This document shows positions 9,136-21,188 of a DNA stretch of 64,000 bases, in pieces (positions within the stretch are counted from its first letter, which is position 1; each line of letters begins with the position of its first letter). Origin of the DNA: Blastocladiella emersonii ATCC 22665 (taxonomy: Eukaryota; Fungi; Blastocladiomycota); assembly GCA_025594325.1 (NCBI GenBank), contig JANHCV010000002.1, forward strand, positions 1,426,001-1,490,000, read 5' to 3'. Made by a program: the position numbers and the translations under genes. The notes under the pieces are model-generated. The model did not search any database and had not been told where the DNA came from. It saw only the letters and a program-made list of their open reading frames with translations.

Positions 9136-10800
9136 ATGCAACTCGACCATCTGAGCAGCGGCTACAAATTGCCCGCGTCTGAGGTCACAACCTACAAGGT
9201 CGCCTCCGTCGCCAACCTCGCACTTGCCCTGATATGTCTCCTCCGGTCGCTGTTCGAGGGGTACCAGGAGCTGGGACCGCGGCTCGCCGCCGCCATCGAG
9301 GAGGCCCGCGGCGCGGATGAGCCCGTCGCTACAAGCCAGCCGCTCGAGTCGGACACGCTGCCCAGACGGACGCTCACCCGCAAGCTGTCCATTGCCGTTC
9401 GCGGCCAGCACCACCCGAGCCGCCGGACCAGCGATCTGGGTTCGACGGCGGGCTCGTCGAGCCGGCGGCGCAACTCATCGTTCCTCCGCACCATCCGCAT
9501 CCTGTTAACCGCCTTCCACTTCACCGACATTCGCTGGACTCTGATGGCCGTCCTGAGCGCCATGACCACGGCGCAAGCGGCCGTGGATGTGCACCACGCG
9601 CACCTGAGCCCGACGTTCCCGTTTGTCCACATGTACCCGGAACACGCCATGGTGACGTGGGTCAATTATTGTATCACGGGCTCTCTCGGCAGCTTCATTG
9701 CGCTCACGCGCGTCAGTGTCGTGTGTCTCAAACGCACGCGCGTTAGGCGCCTCATGTGGCCGATCACGCTCGCGTGCGCCGCCGTGCTGATCCCGCTCAA
9801 CCTCGTCTTCGGGCTCGAGAGCGTCCTCGAGACGCAGAACAACGACACGTGGGCCGAGTACGTGGTTCCGACGTGGCTCACTGAGATCAACATCATCCAG
9901 TTCGCGACCATCATCTTCTTCACCTCGTACAGCTACTGGTCCGCCTTCGCCAAGACGACGCCGGCGCCATCGTCGCAGGTCACGTCGTCGCGCCGCGCGC
10001 TCTTCTCGACCTCGTCGGTCGCTCTCGACCAGCAGCCGTCGACAGCGTCGGCCTCGTTCGCGACGATCCTCCGGCCGTGGCGCGCGACGTCCCTCGCCGC
10101 GTCCGTCTGGCGGCCGGGGACCATCTGGCGCGGCAAGCAGGAGGCCAAGGCCATGTCGCTCCCGCCGACACCGGTCTCGACGACGCCGGCCGCGCTGCGC
10201 CTCAACTCGAACTCGCCCAACTCGGGCGCGCCCATGTCGCCGCTCTCGTCCTCGCCGCGCGAAGCGTACGCACTCTCGCCCGCCATGGATCCTGGGCTAT
10301 CGCCGCCCGCGCCCGTACCCAGCCCCGGCCCGGACAGCGGCGACGCGGTGACCGTCGGCGTGGGCAGCACCGTGAGCGACGCGACGTCCGCCTCTTCGTC
10401 CTCGCCCGTGCGCGCGGCGACTCCCGCCGCAACCCCCGCCGCCGCCCCACTCTCGCCCGCGCGCCGGTCCAAGCTGCTCATCTCGGTACGCCGGATCTAC
10501 GGCCTGCTCGCGCTCTCGTACACGGTCGGGTGGATCGGGACCGTCGCGCTGCTGCTTTTCCCAAAGACGATGGGTTCGCCGGCGACACGGTCGCCGTTCT
10601 TTGGGCTGCTGTGCTGCGGCGCCATCTTCCTCGAGTCCCAATTTCGGACTATCGTGCGCGCTCAAGCACGACTCACGCGGGCGCCCGCGCGGCAGGCCGA
10701 CACGCACTTCGACGACGCGACGTGGCGCACGCGCGCCGAGTCCGGGTCGTCGTCGAGGAACACGCTCGGCGCGACGACGGGGACGGCGGGCAAGGGATGA
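9136..10800 (+). CDS. Seven-transmembrane receptor-like protein, paralog 3
   Basis: Same architecture as 4359-5963 (YKVASVANL, ALTRVSVVCLKRT, RPWRATSLA..WRPGTIWRG, RSPFFG.LC..AIFLESQFRTIVRAQ). Confidence 0.65.
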   Translation: MQLDHLSSGYKLPASEVTTYKVASVANLALALICLLRSLFEGYQELGPRLAAAIEEARGADEPVATSQPLESDTLPRRTLTRKLSIAVRGQHHPSRRTSDLGSTAGSSSRRRNSSFLRTIRILLTAFHFTDIRWTLMAVLSAMTTAQAAVDVHHAHLSPTFPFVHMYPEHAMVTWVNYCITGSLGSFIALTRVSVVCLKRTRVRRLMWPITLACAAVLIPLNLVFGLESVLETQNNDTWAEYVVPTWLTEINIIQFATIIFFTSYSYWSAFAKTTPAPSSQVTSSRRALFSTSSVALDQQPSTASASFATILRPWRATSLAASVWRPGTIWRGKQEAKAMSLPPTPVSTTPAALRLNSNSPNSGAPMSPLSSSPREAYALSPAMDPGLSPPAPVPSPGPDSGDAVTVGVGSTVSDATSASSSSPVRAATPAATPAAAPLSPARRSKLLISVRRIYGLLALSYTVGWIGTVALLLFPKTMGSPATRSPFFGLLCCGAIFLESQFRTIVRAQARLTRAPARQADTHFDDATWRTRAESGSSSRNTLGATTGTAGKG

Positions 10801-10866
10801 ATGTTTTGTGATTGGTGATGAGTGGATATGGGAATGTACACGTTGATGGTGACGAACAATGGTTGG

Positions 10867-13800
10867 TTAGAAGTTTTCCTTGGCAAACTCGAAGAACGTG
10901 GTCGTGGCCGCGTTGGTCGCGCGGACGACGTGGCCGAGCTCCTTGCCGAGCGCCTTGAGCCCACAAAAGTAGACGCCGACCTTCTTCCCCGGGTACAGCG
11001 CGGCCGTCTGGGCAAAGATGGACGCCCAGTGCGGGCGGCCCCACGTCACGGCCGAGTTCTGGTGCATGCCCGTGAGGAGGCACCGGCCGCCGGCGCGCCG
11101 CTTGGCGAGCTCGAGCCCCCACCACAGCATGAACGACGCGAGCTCGTCGCCGCCCTTGGCGCACGTCAGGAACGTGTGGACGCGCAGGACCCGCAGGACC
11201 GCCGGGTCGACGCTGCGCAGCGCCTCGCTCATCCACTTGAACCCGTCCTGGTCGCGGTTCAGCCAGTAGAAGTCGATGCGCTTGAGCGGCTTCGGGTCCG
11301 CGACCACCGACGACGCGCGCGAGCTCGCGACGCCGCTGCCGGGTGCGCCCGCGAACACGGTCGTGCGCCGCCGCCGCGCCTGGCTCGCGCGCACCATGTG
11401 CTGCACCTCCTGCAGGATCGACAGGAACGGCGTGCACCCGACGCCCGTGGCGATGAACATGACGTGGTCGTGCTCGAAAAAGGACTGCGACGGCGCGCCG
11501 AAGATGCCGTCGATGCGGACCTCGAGGACCGGCCGCGGCGGCGCGACCGACGCTGTGGCGCTGCCGGTGACGGGGTACGGGCCGGTCGTCGAGTTGACCA
11601 TGGTGTCGTCGGCGCCCTCGACCATGGACCCGAGCGACAGGTAGCTCTTCATGAAGTTGAGGCTGGTCGGCGTCATGCCGACATCGATCGACGTGTGGTG
11701 CCGCACCGAGTCCATGGATGCGTTGCGCGCGAGATCGGTCGCACCCGGGGCTGGCTGTGGCGCTGCTGCGCCGGTGCCCGTGCGGCTGCCCAGCGACGAC
11801 ATGAGCGAGCCGGCGAACGCGCTCGGGCGCGCCGCGACGGTCGGGTCGGGCCGGCGGGGCCACGAGATGGAGATGCCGTTGTTCGCGTTGGCGGCGGGTA
11901 GTGTTGGGGCCGTTGGCGCCGCGGGGCTCGTCGCCTCGGACTCGGCGACCGAGAGCGACGGGGACCGGTCCGTGTCCATCTCGTCGCCGCAGCTGGCGGT
12001 GCTCGCGCGGGTCGCGTCCTTGTCTCCGGCGCCCGAGACGCCGCCGTTGAGGGCGCGCACCATGGCCGTGAGCTCGATCCCGCCCTTACCGCCGCCCGCT
12101 ACGGCGTCGTCAGCGCCGCCGCTGCCCTCGAGCATCGGCTCAACGGCCTTGAACACGGCGGACGTCCAGTCGCCGGCGCGCTTGATGCGGAGCGTGAGGA
12201 ACGGGTCGGACCCGCACGACGTGAGCGAGAAGGGGTGCCACTCGAGGTTCGAGACCGACGGCACGTTGAGGAAGATGTACTGGCCCGCAACGTACTTGCT
12301 GACGAACGGCGGCTTGTCGAGGACGAGCACGAGCGTATCGGCCTGGACCACGGCCTCGCGCACGCGCACCTTGTACGAGGCGCGGTGCACGCGGAGCAGC
12401 CGCTCGACCGTGTACGCGAACACGGGCACCGAAATGTACTTCCAGGTGCTGGGCGGCGCGAGCAGCGCCGAGGACCCGTGCAGGAGGAGCAGGACGACGC
12501 CGACCGTGAACAGGTGGTGCGTGTACCAGAACCGCTCAAAGTGCGCGCGGCGCGTGGCGCTGCCCGAGGTCGCGGCCATGGCGAGGAACACGACGACGAG
12601 CGCCCACCCGGTCCACCCGGGCACGCTGCGCAGGTGCAGGTCGACGTAGCCGAGGTCCGGCAGCCCGAGCGCCTTGCGCGCGGCCGCGTCGTTGACGAGG
12701 ACCGGGATGGTCTTGACGCAGTGGCACAGTGTGTGGACGAGGCCGGCGACGATGAAGATGACGCCCGTGTACTTGTGCCACACGATGTTCTTGTTAATGG
12801 GCACCCACGCGAGGAACTTGACGTCGCGCAGCGCCGTGAGCAGCGTGCGGCACACGAGCAGGAACAGGAACACGCCCGTCGTGTTGACGATGTTGGCGCA
12901 CCCCTTGGCCACGGGCACCCAGTACCCGAACTTGGCCACGACTACCGGGTTGCTCGCGTACTTGTGGAAGTTGTACGCGAACATGCCGCCGACCACGAGC
13001 GCGAAGAAGGCCACGCACATCCACTTTGGGCCCTCGCTCAGCCACAGCGTGTAAATCCACCGCTGCCACGTCACGGGCGGCACCCCGTCGTCGTCAGCGC
13101 CGCGCGCGACAACCGAGGCCGTGGCCATGGTGGCGCCCGTCGTCGCGCGCATGAGCCCGAGGTCGCGCGGCTTCGGCTGGTCTCCTGGTCCCGGCGCGCC
13201 GGGCCGCGCCGCGTGCGAGTGCGCCTGCAGGTCGTCGACGTCGAACTGGATCCGCGACCCGCGGCGGAGGAGCCAGCCAGCGGCGTCGCGCACCGTCGAC
13301 TTGCGGCGGAGCCCGCGCGCACGTGCCGTGTCGCCGTCGGCCTTGGGGCTCATAAACCCGCCGGCCCCGCCCATGGAGAACCGCGCCGCGGTCGGGGTGA
13401 CGGGGAACGCGAGCCCGAGGTGGTCCTGGTCCGTGATATCGACCTCCTTGTTGACGGTGGTTCGCGTGAGCGGGAGCCCGATCTTGGCGAGGTTCCAGCG
13501 GCGCGTGACGAGGAGAAAGTCGTGGAACGAGACGACGCCGTCCGAGTCGACGTCGAGCTTGTCCATGACGCTGGTCACGAGCAGCTCCATGTCGTCGGGC
13601 CGCAGGTACAGCGCGTTGGCCTTGACGGCGCCGCGCAGCACGTTCTCGACGACGGCGCGCGTCACGTCGCCGTCGCCCGCCGCGTCCAGGATCCGGTACA
13701 GCACCGCGAGCTTCTGCTCGTGCACGAGCGCCGCGTTCACGTCGTCGCCGTCAGCGCCCGCTCCAGAGGCTGCGGGAGCGAGCAGCGAGATGAGCGGCAG

Positions 13801-15442
13801 GAACGTGTCGAGGTCCAGCTCGACGAGGTCCGGGTCGCTCTCGACCGCGTGCACGCCCAGCAGCTCCTGCACGTGCGACGCCTGGTTGCGCAGGCCGGGG
13901 GCGAGCGTCTGCCACTGGTCGCGCGTGATGACTACAGCACCGACGTGCCCCGCCGGCGCGTCGTCTTCGGGATGCACGGGCGACTCGTGGTCGTGGTACG
14001 CATCCGCGCCCTCGATCGACGGCGCGACGCCGTTCGGCGCCTCGATATCGACGGGCACGACCACCGCGTGCTCGACGGGCGTGTCGGCGCGCGACGCGGG
14101 CGTCCCGCCACGGTCGATCGTCGACGCCGCGGTCGTCGTGATAACGAGGTCGGACCCAGCAGCCTCGGGCTTGGTGACCGAGTCGACGAGCTCGCGGAGC
14201 GCCGAGAACCCAGCGCGGTCGAGCGTGCGGGGCTTGTCGCTGTCGGACTCGGACCCCGAGTCGTTCCCGCCGGCGTGGACGTTATCCGCGCTCGCGGTGC
14301 GGCGCAGCGACAGCGACCGGGCGAGCGTCGACGCGATCGACGACGCGGGTTTCGGGACGGGCGGGACGAGCGACGGGTCCGAGTTGCTGCGCTCGATGCG
14401 GTTGAGCGTGGCCATGCGGCGCAGCGTCATGGGGACGGGCGACGGGGTCCCGCCGCTACCAGACTCGCGCTCCTGCTGCTGTTGCTGCTGTTTGGCCTGC
14501 CGCCGCTCGAGCAGCGTCAGCGTGCGCGTGAGGGTCGGCGCGCCGAGCGTCACGGTCGCAGGGCTCGGCGTGCGCACCGACCCGCTCCGGCCGAGCGTCT
14601 GCGCCGTGTGCGAGCGTAGCAGCGGCGGGGCGGGTGGCCGTGGCGCTGCCGCAGGAGCGGGAGCGGGCGCAGCGGCGGTCTCGGCGAGCGGGGCCGTGTC
14701 GTAGCTGGAAGCCGACTCTTCATCTACAGGTACGACGAACCGGGTCAGCGACGGTGTGATGCGAACCGTGATCAGCCAGCGTACCGCTCGACCCCGCGTG
14801 GACGCCTCCGACATCCTCCTCGCGCCCGTGAGACCGACCACGGCGACCGCGCCCCGGGGACACGGCGTCGGCCATATCGACGTCGACCGTGACGCCGCCC
14901 GTGGTGTCGGCGTCCGAGTTGGACTCGGGGTGCGGGTCGACCGACGCGTACGTCGACACCTCGAACCCGTTGGTCATGATGCCCGGGGACGGCAGCGCGC
15001 CGGTGGCGGCGTCGAGGCGCGGGCGGAAGTTGAGCGTCGGCGACAGCGGATCGGGCGGGCCTGCCGCGGGCTCGTCGGCTGACGAGTGCGACAGCGGGTA
15101 CCGCGCCGAGACGGCGGCAAAGACCTCTGTCGTCGGGAAGAAGTCGCCGCCGCCATCGTGGTCGCTGTCACCGTGCTGGTGCCGCGCATCAGCGCCGCCG
15201 TGCCCGTTCATGTCAGCGGCAGCAGCGCTCGTGCGCGCGAAATCGAGCGGCGGGAGCGATGGCGGCTCGGCCGCGACGGGCGGCGAGTCTGCGAAGGTGT
15301 CCTCGGGGATGGACGCCGGGGTACGAGGCAGGGACGGCCGGGTGCCGAACCCAACCGACTGCGTGAGCGACTTGATGGAGAGGGACCGCTTCAGCGAGGA
15401 GGGCGATGATGCGTGGTGGTCGGGCGTCTGCTTGCCCTTCAT
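10867..15442 (-). CDS. EF-hand (calcium-regulated) NADPH oxidase, NOX5/NoxC/RBOH-like, ~1504 aa, 2 exons
   Basis: EF-hand-like loops (LDAAGDGDVT, LDVDSDGVVSFHDF), heme His pairs (WHKYTG..LVHTLCH, FWYTHHLF..LLLH), FAD motif EWHPFSLTS and GDWT, NADPH motifs IDGIFGAP, ATGVGCTPF and VGVYFCG, and C-terminal FEFAKENF. A 61-nt intron at 14784-14724 joins the upstream frame starting MKGKQ. Confidence 0.9.
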
Positions 15443-15792
15443 GGTGCCGGACGGTGCAGGCTCGGAGGGAGAGAAGGGGGAGAGGAGACCGGGTGCGGGC
15501 CGATTCGGGCGGGTCGTCGAAGCAGGGCAGCAGCACGGGGTTGCGACGGGTGCCCGGGTCGAGTCGCTGAGGGAGACGCAGCGGCTGCCTTCTGGCGAGA
15601 ATCGGGAAGGCGGGCGGGGCAGCGGGCGAGGGGAAGCGCGACGGAAGGTGACGCGCGGCGACGCGGCGTGACGAGGTAACAATCAGCGGTGTCTCCCACC
15701 GCGCCCGCCGAACGTGACCGCGGTGCGAGACGCGTCGCTCATGTCATCACCCCACCCCACCCGCTACCCAAAAAATGATTCATACATTTAAT

Positions 15793-17757
15793 CTACAGCA
15801 CAACCGAAACCATCCGCGTCTCAGTGAGCACCGCGAACCCTCCCGCGCGCCCGCCGGCCATGCGGAGCGGCGTAAGCCCAACGATCTCGTCACTGCCGAG
15901 ATCCAGGACGTGCTGCGGCGCGCGGTGGTCGCGTCCGCCGGGCGGCGGCATGTACACGTAGACGTGGCCGCGCGACTCGGCGAGCGCCGTGAACTGTGGC
16001 GTGGCCACCGCGAGCCGCTTGTCGCGCTTGGACGCCTGCACGTAGCTGAACGCGTGCGCGGTTGCCGAATGCACGAGCGCCGGGGGTGCGTCGGTCTCCG
16101 ACTCGGCCGCGTGCGTGTACAGCACGCCGTCGACGTCGCTCTTGAGGCAGATCCCGGCCGGCCACGCGGGGCACAGGAACTGGTGGATGCCCGTCGACAC
16201 GGGCTCGACGGTCGCCGCGGGTCCGGACCCGGACCGCGTGCACCGCGCGAGGTACAGCGTGGCCTCGTCGACCAGCAGGTCGATCTCCTCCTGCCCGTTG
16301 AGGATCGACGCGGGGCCCGGGCCGGGGACCGCGCGGCCCTCGAGCGCGGCGGGCGCCGCGAGGTCGGCCGTGTACTTTTCGAGCTGCTCGCGGAAGCGGG
16401 CCACCTCGGACGGGTCCACCGTCTCGAGGACGGGCGTCCGGGAAACCGACTCGTCGAGGAGACTCGACCACCGCGTGCCGGGGTCGCCCTTCTCGAGGTG
16501 CAGCGTCAGGTGCCGGTTCGCCTCGAGCGTCCACACGCAGTCGTCGGGGTCGACGGTGCCCCACAGCTTGCCGTCGAGGACGACCACGGTGCGGTGCGTC
16601 GTCGCGTCTTCGGCCTTGACGGGCAGGTCATCAACGACCAGGTGCACGCCGGAGCGCGTGAACCGGCACCGGATCTGGCGCTTCTCGACCGGCGCGCCGC
16701 GGAACGAGACGTGCACCGACACGTCCTGCTCCGTCTGCTGCCACACCCACGAGTACTGGTCGCACGCGAACACGGTCGACGGCGGCTCGTTCCCCACAAC
16801 ATCCGTGTCCATGGCCTGCGATGGAACGGGCGTGTCCTCGAACAGGTCGCCCGACCCGGACCGCACCGGCGCATTGGACGCGACCCACGCGTGGTCGGGC
16901 CCCGTGAGCCGCGCGTACAGCGGGTGGCTGAGCGTGGTCCACTGCGGCTCCGCGGTCAGGGGCTCGAGGAGCGCGGGCACGCCGTCGAGCTCCATGACGT
17001 CGCCGAGATCGAGCGAGAAGACGAGCCGGACGCCGTGAAACTGCGACACGGTGCGCGCGCGCTGCTGCGCGGACGAGGACGCGGCAGGCAGCTGTTCCTC
17101 GGACACCCAGTACGCGAGGACGTGTGCCGCCGCCGCCGCGCCGTCGTCGCTTGCGGGGAACACGGCGGCGTCAGCGGCGGCAAGCGGCTGCGGGTGCGTG
17201 TACACGCCGACGACGGACCGCGACACGAGGTGGACCAGGTGCAGCGACCCGACGCCGTCGCTCACCACGACGTGCGTCGTGGGCTGCGCGGGGTCAGAGT
17301 GCCGCACGGGTACGATCGCGGGGACCAGCGCGGTCGCTTGCACGCCCAGCGTCGATAGCGACTGCGTCAGCGGGACGGCGAAGTGGACGGCGCCCTACAC
17401 ATTCGGACAGCGTAAGTCCCGCGGCCAGATCGGTCGATAGCCGCGAGCCGCACGCACCTGCCGGTCAAGAACGACAAGCCGCCAGTTCTGGTCGAGGAAC
17501 GCGAGCTGTCCCTGGCCGAGGTCCGCGAGGTTGTTGAAGGCCATGCGCGCGGACGCCATGGCGAACCCGGGGTTGCTCGCGCCCGCCTGGTGCCGGTCCA
17601 GGAACGCGAAAGTGATGGGCGCCGACGGCGCGGCCGACTCGTGGACCTGGCCCGGCGCGAGCGGCGCGAGCTTGTAGCCCTCAAAGTTGGGGTCGAGCAG
17701 CTCGCGGCGCACGCGCAGGTGCGGCTGCGCGGGCTGGTTCATGGCGCCGAAGGTCAT
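15793..17757 (-). CDS. NUDCD1: NudC domain-containing protein 1 (CS/p23 co-chaperone)
   Basis: N-terminal LRVRRELLDPNFEGYKL and CS domain WQQTEQDVSV...GKLWGTVDPDDCVWTLE...LTLHLEK...WSSLL. One intron near 17453-17393. The start is ATG 17757 or 17742. Confidence 0.85.
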
Positions 17758-17938
17758 TGCAGGGAGTGGGGAAGCTCGATCGAGCGGGGGTGAGGGAGGG
17801 AGGGGAGAAGCGGTGGTGGTCGCTGGCGACGCAGCAGGACCTCGCGTCTCTCGCCGACCTCGCGACCATCAAACTCGCACGGACAAGGGGGATTGGGTTG
17901 AAGGAAACAAGATGATGTATGTGAATCGACGACACTAC

Positions 17939-19066
17939 TTAGAAGAGGCCGCGGATAGCGACGGGGAGGTAGGGCGCCTCGAGCGCGGCCTTCTCCTCGG
18001 CCGTGAGCGTGATGTCGAGCGCAGCGACCGCGTCCTCGAGGTAGGCGACCTTGTTGATGCCGACGATGGGCGCCGTGACCTCTGGCTTGGCGAGGACCCA
18101 GGCGAGCGCGATCTGCGACGCGGGAACGCCGCGCGCGGCCGCGACCTTGCGGAGGGCGGCGAGGATGCGGTCGTCGGTGGTCGCGACAATGGCCTTGGCG
18201 CGGTCCTCGTCCGAGAGCTCGGCCGTGTTCTCGGCCGACGACTCGGTGACGTGCATGCTGCGGAACGAGTCGGTTTGTGCGCGCAGCGAGGTGGCCGACT
18301 TGCCCTTGTCCGAGAGCAGGCCGCCGGCGAGCGGCGACCACGGGATCACGCCGACGCCGAGGTCGCGGCACAGCGGCAGCATCTCGCGCTCCTCCTCGCG
18401 GTACGCCAGGTTGACGAGGTTCTGCATGCTGACGAACTTGGTCCACCCGCGGCGCTCGGCGACGGCCTGCGCCTTGGCGAACTGCCACGCGTACATGGAC
18501 GAGGCGCCAATGTACCGCACCTTGCCGGCCTTGACCAGGTCGTGCAGCGCCTCCATGGTCTCCTCGATGGGCGTGTTGCTGTCCCAGCGGTGGATCTGGT
18601 ACAGGTCAACGTAGTCGGTGCCGAGGCGCGCGAGCGACGCTTCGACCGCCTCGAAAATGTACTTGCGCGACAGCCCGCGCTTGTTGGCCATGGCGTACGC
18701 GGGCAGCGGCGCGAAGGCGTCCTGGGCGCCAGGCGTGTCGCTGATCTGGAAGTTGACCTTGGTTGCAACTACAATCTCGTTGCGCTTGATGCCGTACTTG
18801 CGCATGAAGTCCCGGAGCAAAGTTTCGGACACGCCGTTCGAGTATACGTCGGCCGTGTCGAAGAAGTTGATCCCGGCGTCCCACGCGGCCTTGAGCAGCG
18901 GCAGCGACTTGTCGGCGTCGAGCACCCACGGCTGCCACTCGGGCGACCCGTACGACATCATGCCGACGCAGATGCGAGAGACCTGCAGGCCCGACTTGCC
19001 GAGCCGCGCGTAGTGCATCTTGTGCGCGTTCGGGCGCTCGGTCGAGGTGGCGGCAGCGGTCGACAT
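17939..19066 (-). CDS. Aldo-keto reductase (aryl-alcohol dehydrogenase / YajO-like)
   Basis: Motifs LGKSGLQVSRICVGMMSYG, GINFFDTADVYSNG, VVATKV, SLARLGTDYVDLYQIHRWD, GKVRYIGASS, PWSPLAGG and QIALAWVL. Confidence 0.93.
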   Translation of the reverse strand: MSTAAATSTERPNAHKMHYARLGKSGLQVSRICVGMMSYGSPEWQPWVLDADKSLPLLKAAWDAGINFFDTADVYSNGVSETLLRDFMRKYGIKRNEIVVATKVNFQISDTPGAQDAFAPLPAYAMANKRGLSRKYIFEAVEASLARLGTDYVDLYQIHRWDSNTPIEETMEALHDLVKAGKVRYIGASSMYAWQFAKAQAVAERRGWTKFVSMQNLVNLAYREEEREMLPLCRDLGVGVIPWSPLAGGLLSDKGKSATSLRAQTDSFRSMHVTESSAENTAELSDEDRAKAIVATTDDRILAALRKVAAARGVPASQIALAWVLAKPEVTAPIVGINKVAYLEDAVAALDITLTAEEKAALEAPYLPVAIRGLF

Positions 19067-19487
19067 GGTTCGGTTGGTTTGCTTCGTGGATGTGTTGGTT
19101 TGTGTTGGACGAAAGAAAGGAGGGGAGCAGCCGGCTTTTATCGACAGGAAGAGGGGCCAGCGGGTTTGTCCGACGGCGATCGGCGAGCGCTCCGGCGGAA
19201 CGCTGCAACGCGTTGCGCCACCCGCCGGAGCTCTTTCGCCTCGCCGCCGGGCCCGGCCGCTGACCGTGGGACTCTCATGCACGACGCACCTCACGCGGGC
19301 CACGCTGCACATGCGAATAAATCAACGTGTCTCCGCAATGGATCGGCAGAGCATCAGGTGAGCTCACGTCGTGGACGCGTTCCGCGCGTTCCGCGCGCTT
19401 CGACGCGTTCGCTTCGCGGAGCCCAAGTCCCGGCAGCGACGCGAGCCGCCTCCTCTCTTACCGCAACGATACACACTACGCTAGCAA

Positions 19488-21169
19488 ATGGAGGGCAAGG
19501 GCACCGTGTGCATGTATGCCGCGTCCAAGGCGCTGGACCTGCTGGACCTCGGTACGGCCGCGTCGTCGATCGACTGCCGACTTCGAGCCCGCGGAGCCTG
19601 ACTGCCGGCGTCTTCAGGGACGGTGTACGAGGAGACCAACGTCCTCAACCGGTTCAAGTCGCCGACCGAGATCGTCGACTACAGCTCGCCCGCGGCCGAC
19701 GGCGGCGCGGGACCCGTCCACCTCGTCCTGCTCGGCGTGTGCGACCCGTCGACCGTCATTAAGACGATTTCGCGGGCTCGCCGGCATGGTAACCGACCGC
19801 TCCACGTACGCTCCTTGTCCCGGACCGACCGCGCGTCCGTTTCTCACGACGCACCCGCCGCTAGATCACGATCAGCGAGCCGCAGGCGACGCTGCTCGCG
19901 CGGCACATGCTGCTGCTGTACATTGCGCTGGACCCGTCGCTCGACGAGCTCAGCTACACGGAGCGCACCGAGCTGTTCCTCGAGTTCTACGGCTCGCTGT
20001 ACATTCGCGAACGCTCGCAGCAGTGGCTCGTCGGCGCCACGGACCATCTCATTCGGTACCACATCACCTTCCTCACCCTCGCTTGCGCACCTCATCGCTC
20101 ACACCGTCCCCCGAAATAGCGCCGTGACGGATGGCAAGGGCCTGCTCGGCAACCTCATCGACTTTGACAAGCTGCGGTACCGCGAGCGCGACGACCTCGA
20201 GTTCGTCTTCAAGTTCTGGCGCGGCGCCAAGCCCATGCCGCTCGACCAGATGTGGGACTTCCGCCTCAAGCGCTTCTACGGCGCGCGCTACGACTCGCGG
20301 GAGAACGCCGTTGACTGGGACTACCACATGCGCCTCAAGAACAACGTGCGTCGCGGAGCCTTGCTGCTCCTTCACCTCCCCTTCTCACTCGTCTCCCGGT
20401 GTAGACCAAGTACATCACAAAACACGAGTTCCTCGAGTGGCGGCAGACGGGCCACGCCTTCACCGTGCGCGACTCCGCCCGCGTGCAGCCGAACCGCACC
20501 CTCGCCGCCGTCGACGCGCTGTTCGACCCCGCCGAGGGCGTCAAGGCCGCGAAATGGGGCTACTTCGGTGACGTCTCCACCGGCCCGTGGCCCGCGTGGT
20601 GCACCGACACCGAGTTCAAGGACCCGCTCCTCAAGACCGCCAACGACCTGCCGACGCACGCCGGGTCCGACATCGCGCTGCACAACGTGGTCGCCGCGAT
20701 CCGCGAGTGGCACACGGGCCGGCCCGACGACGGGCCCGTCGTCGGCGCTGAGACGCCGAGGGTCAAGATTACGTTCCTCTCGTGCGAGCCGGCGCGCGCG
20801 ATGGGGAAGATCGCGCCGGGGAGCGTCGATGTCGCGGTCTTCGGGTCCGCCCTCGCGCACCGCGCGGCCGACCTCGTCCCGCGCATGCGTGACGCGAAGG
20901 AGGCGGCGATCTGCGTCGAGACGGCCAGATGGCACCTCGACCTCTCGCCCGCGCAGCGCGGCGCGTACTGCGAGAAGGTCGTCGAGATGGTGACGGGCAA
21001 GGGGACGGCGGGCGCGATGGCCCTGTCGCGTCGCCAGGCGCGCAAGCTGTGGGAGGCCAGCGGCAAGTGGGAGGCCGTCGGCGGCGCGTGGGACTACCTC
21101 GTGTTCTCGCCGCGGCGGGCCGAGGGCGAGGAGAGCGACGGCGACAAGGTCGCTGAGGCGGCATCGTGA
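19488..21169 (+). CDS. DNAAF3: Dynein axonemal assembly factor 3 (PF22), multi-exon
   Basis: Spliced segments MEGKGTVCMYAASKALDLL, VHLVLLGVCDPSTVIKT, LARHMLLLYIALD...ERTELFLEFYGSLYIRE, WDFRLKRFYGARYDSRENAVDWDYHMRL, PNRTLA and GYFGDVSTGPW match the DNAAF3 layout. Confidence 0.88.
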
Positions 21170-21188
21170 TGGTGAATGGAATCGGTTG

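Noticed and set aside
4359-10800. Opsin/rhodopsin identity for the 7TM genes
   Set aside because: There is no lysine in the predicted TM7 and no opsin motifs.
12235-14619. Long antisense/alternate-frame ORFs (also 15775-17358, 17687-19762, 27483-29030, 32036-34012, 34021-35613, 50882-53947)
   Set aside because: These are shadow ORFs of real genes, expected from very high GC3. The translations are R/G/A-rich with no domains.
19067-19487. RFX X-box upstream of ciliary genes
   Set aside because: Only GCAAC half-sites were found, which also occur upstream of non-ciliary genes; there is no full GTTnCCATGGnAAC.
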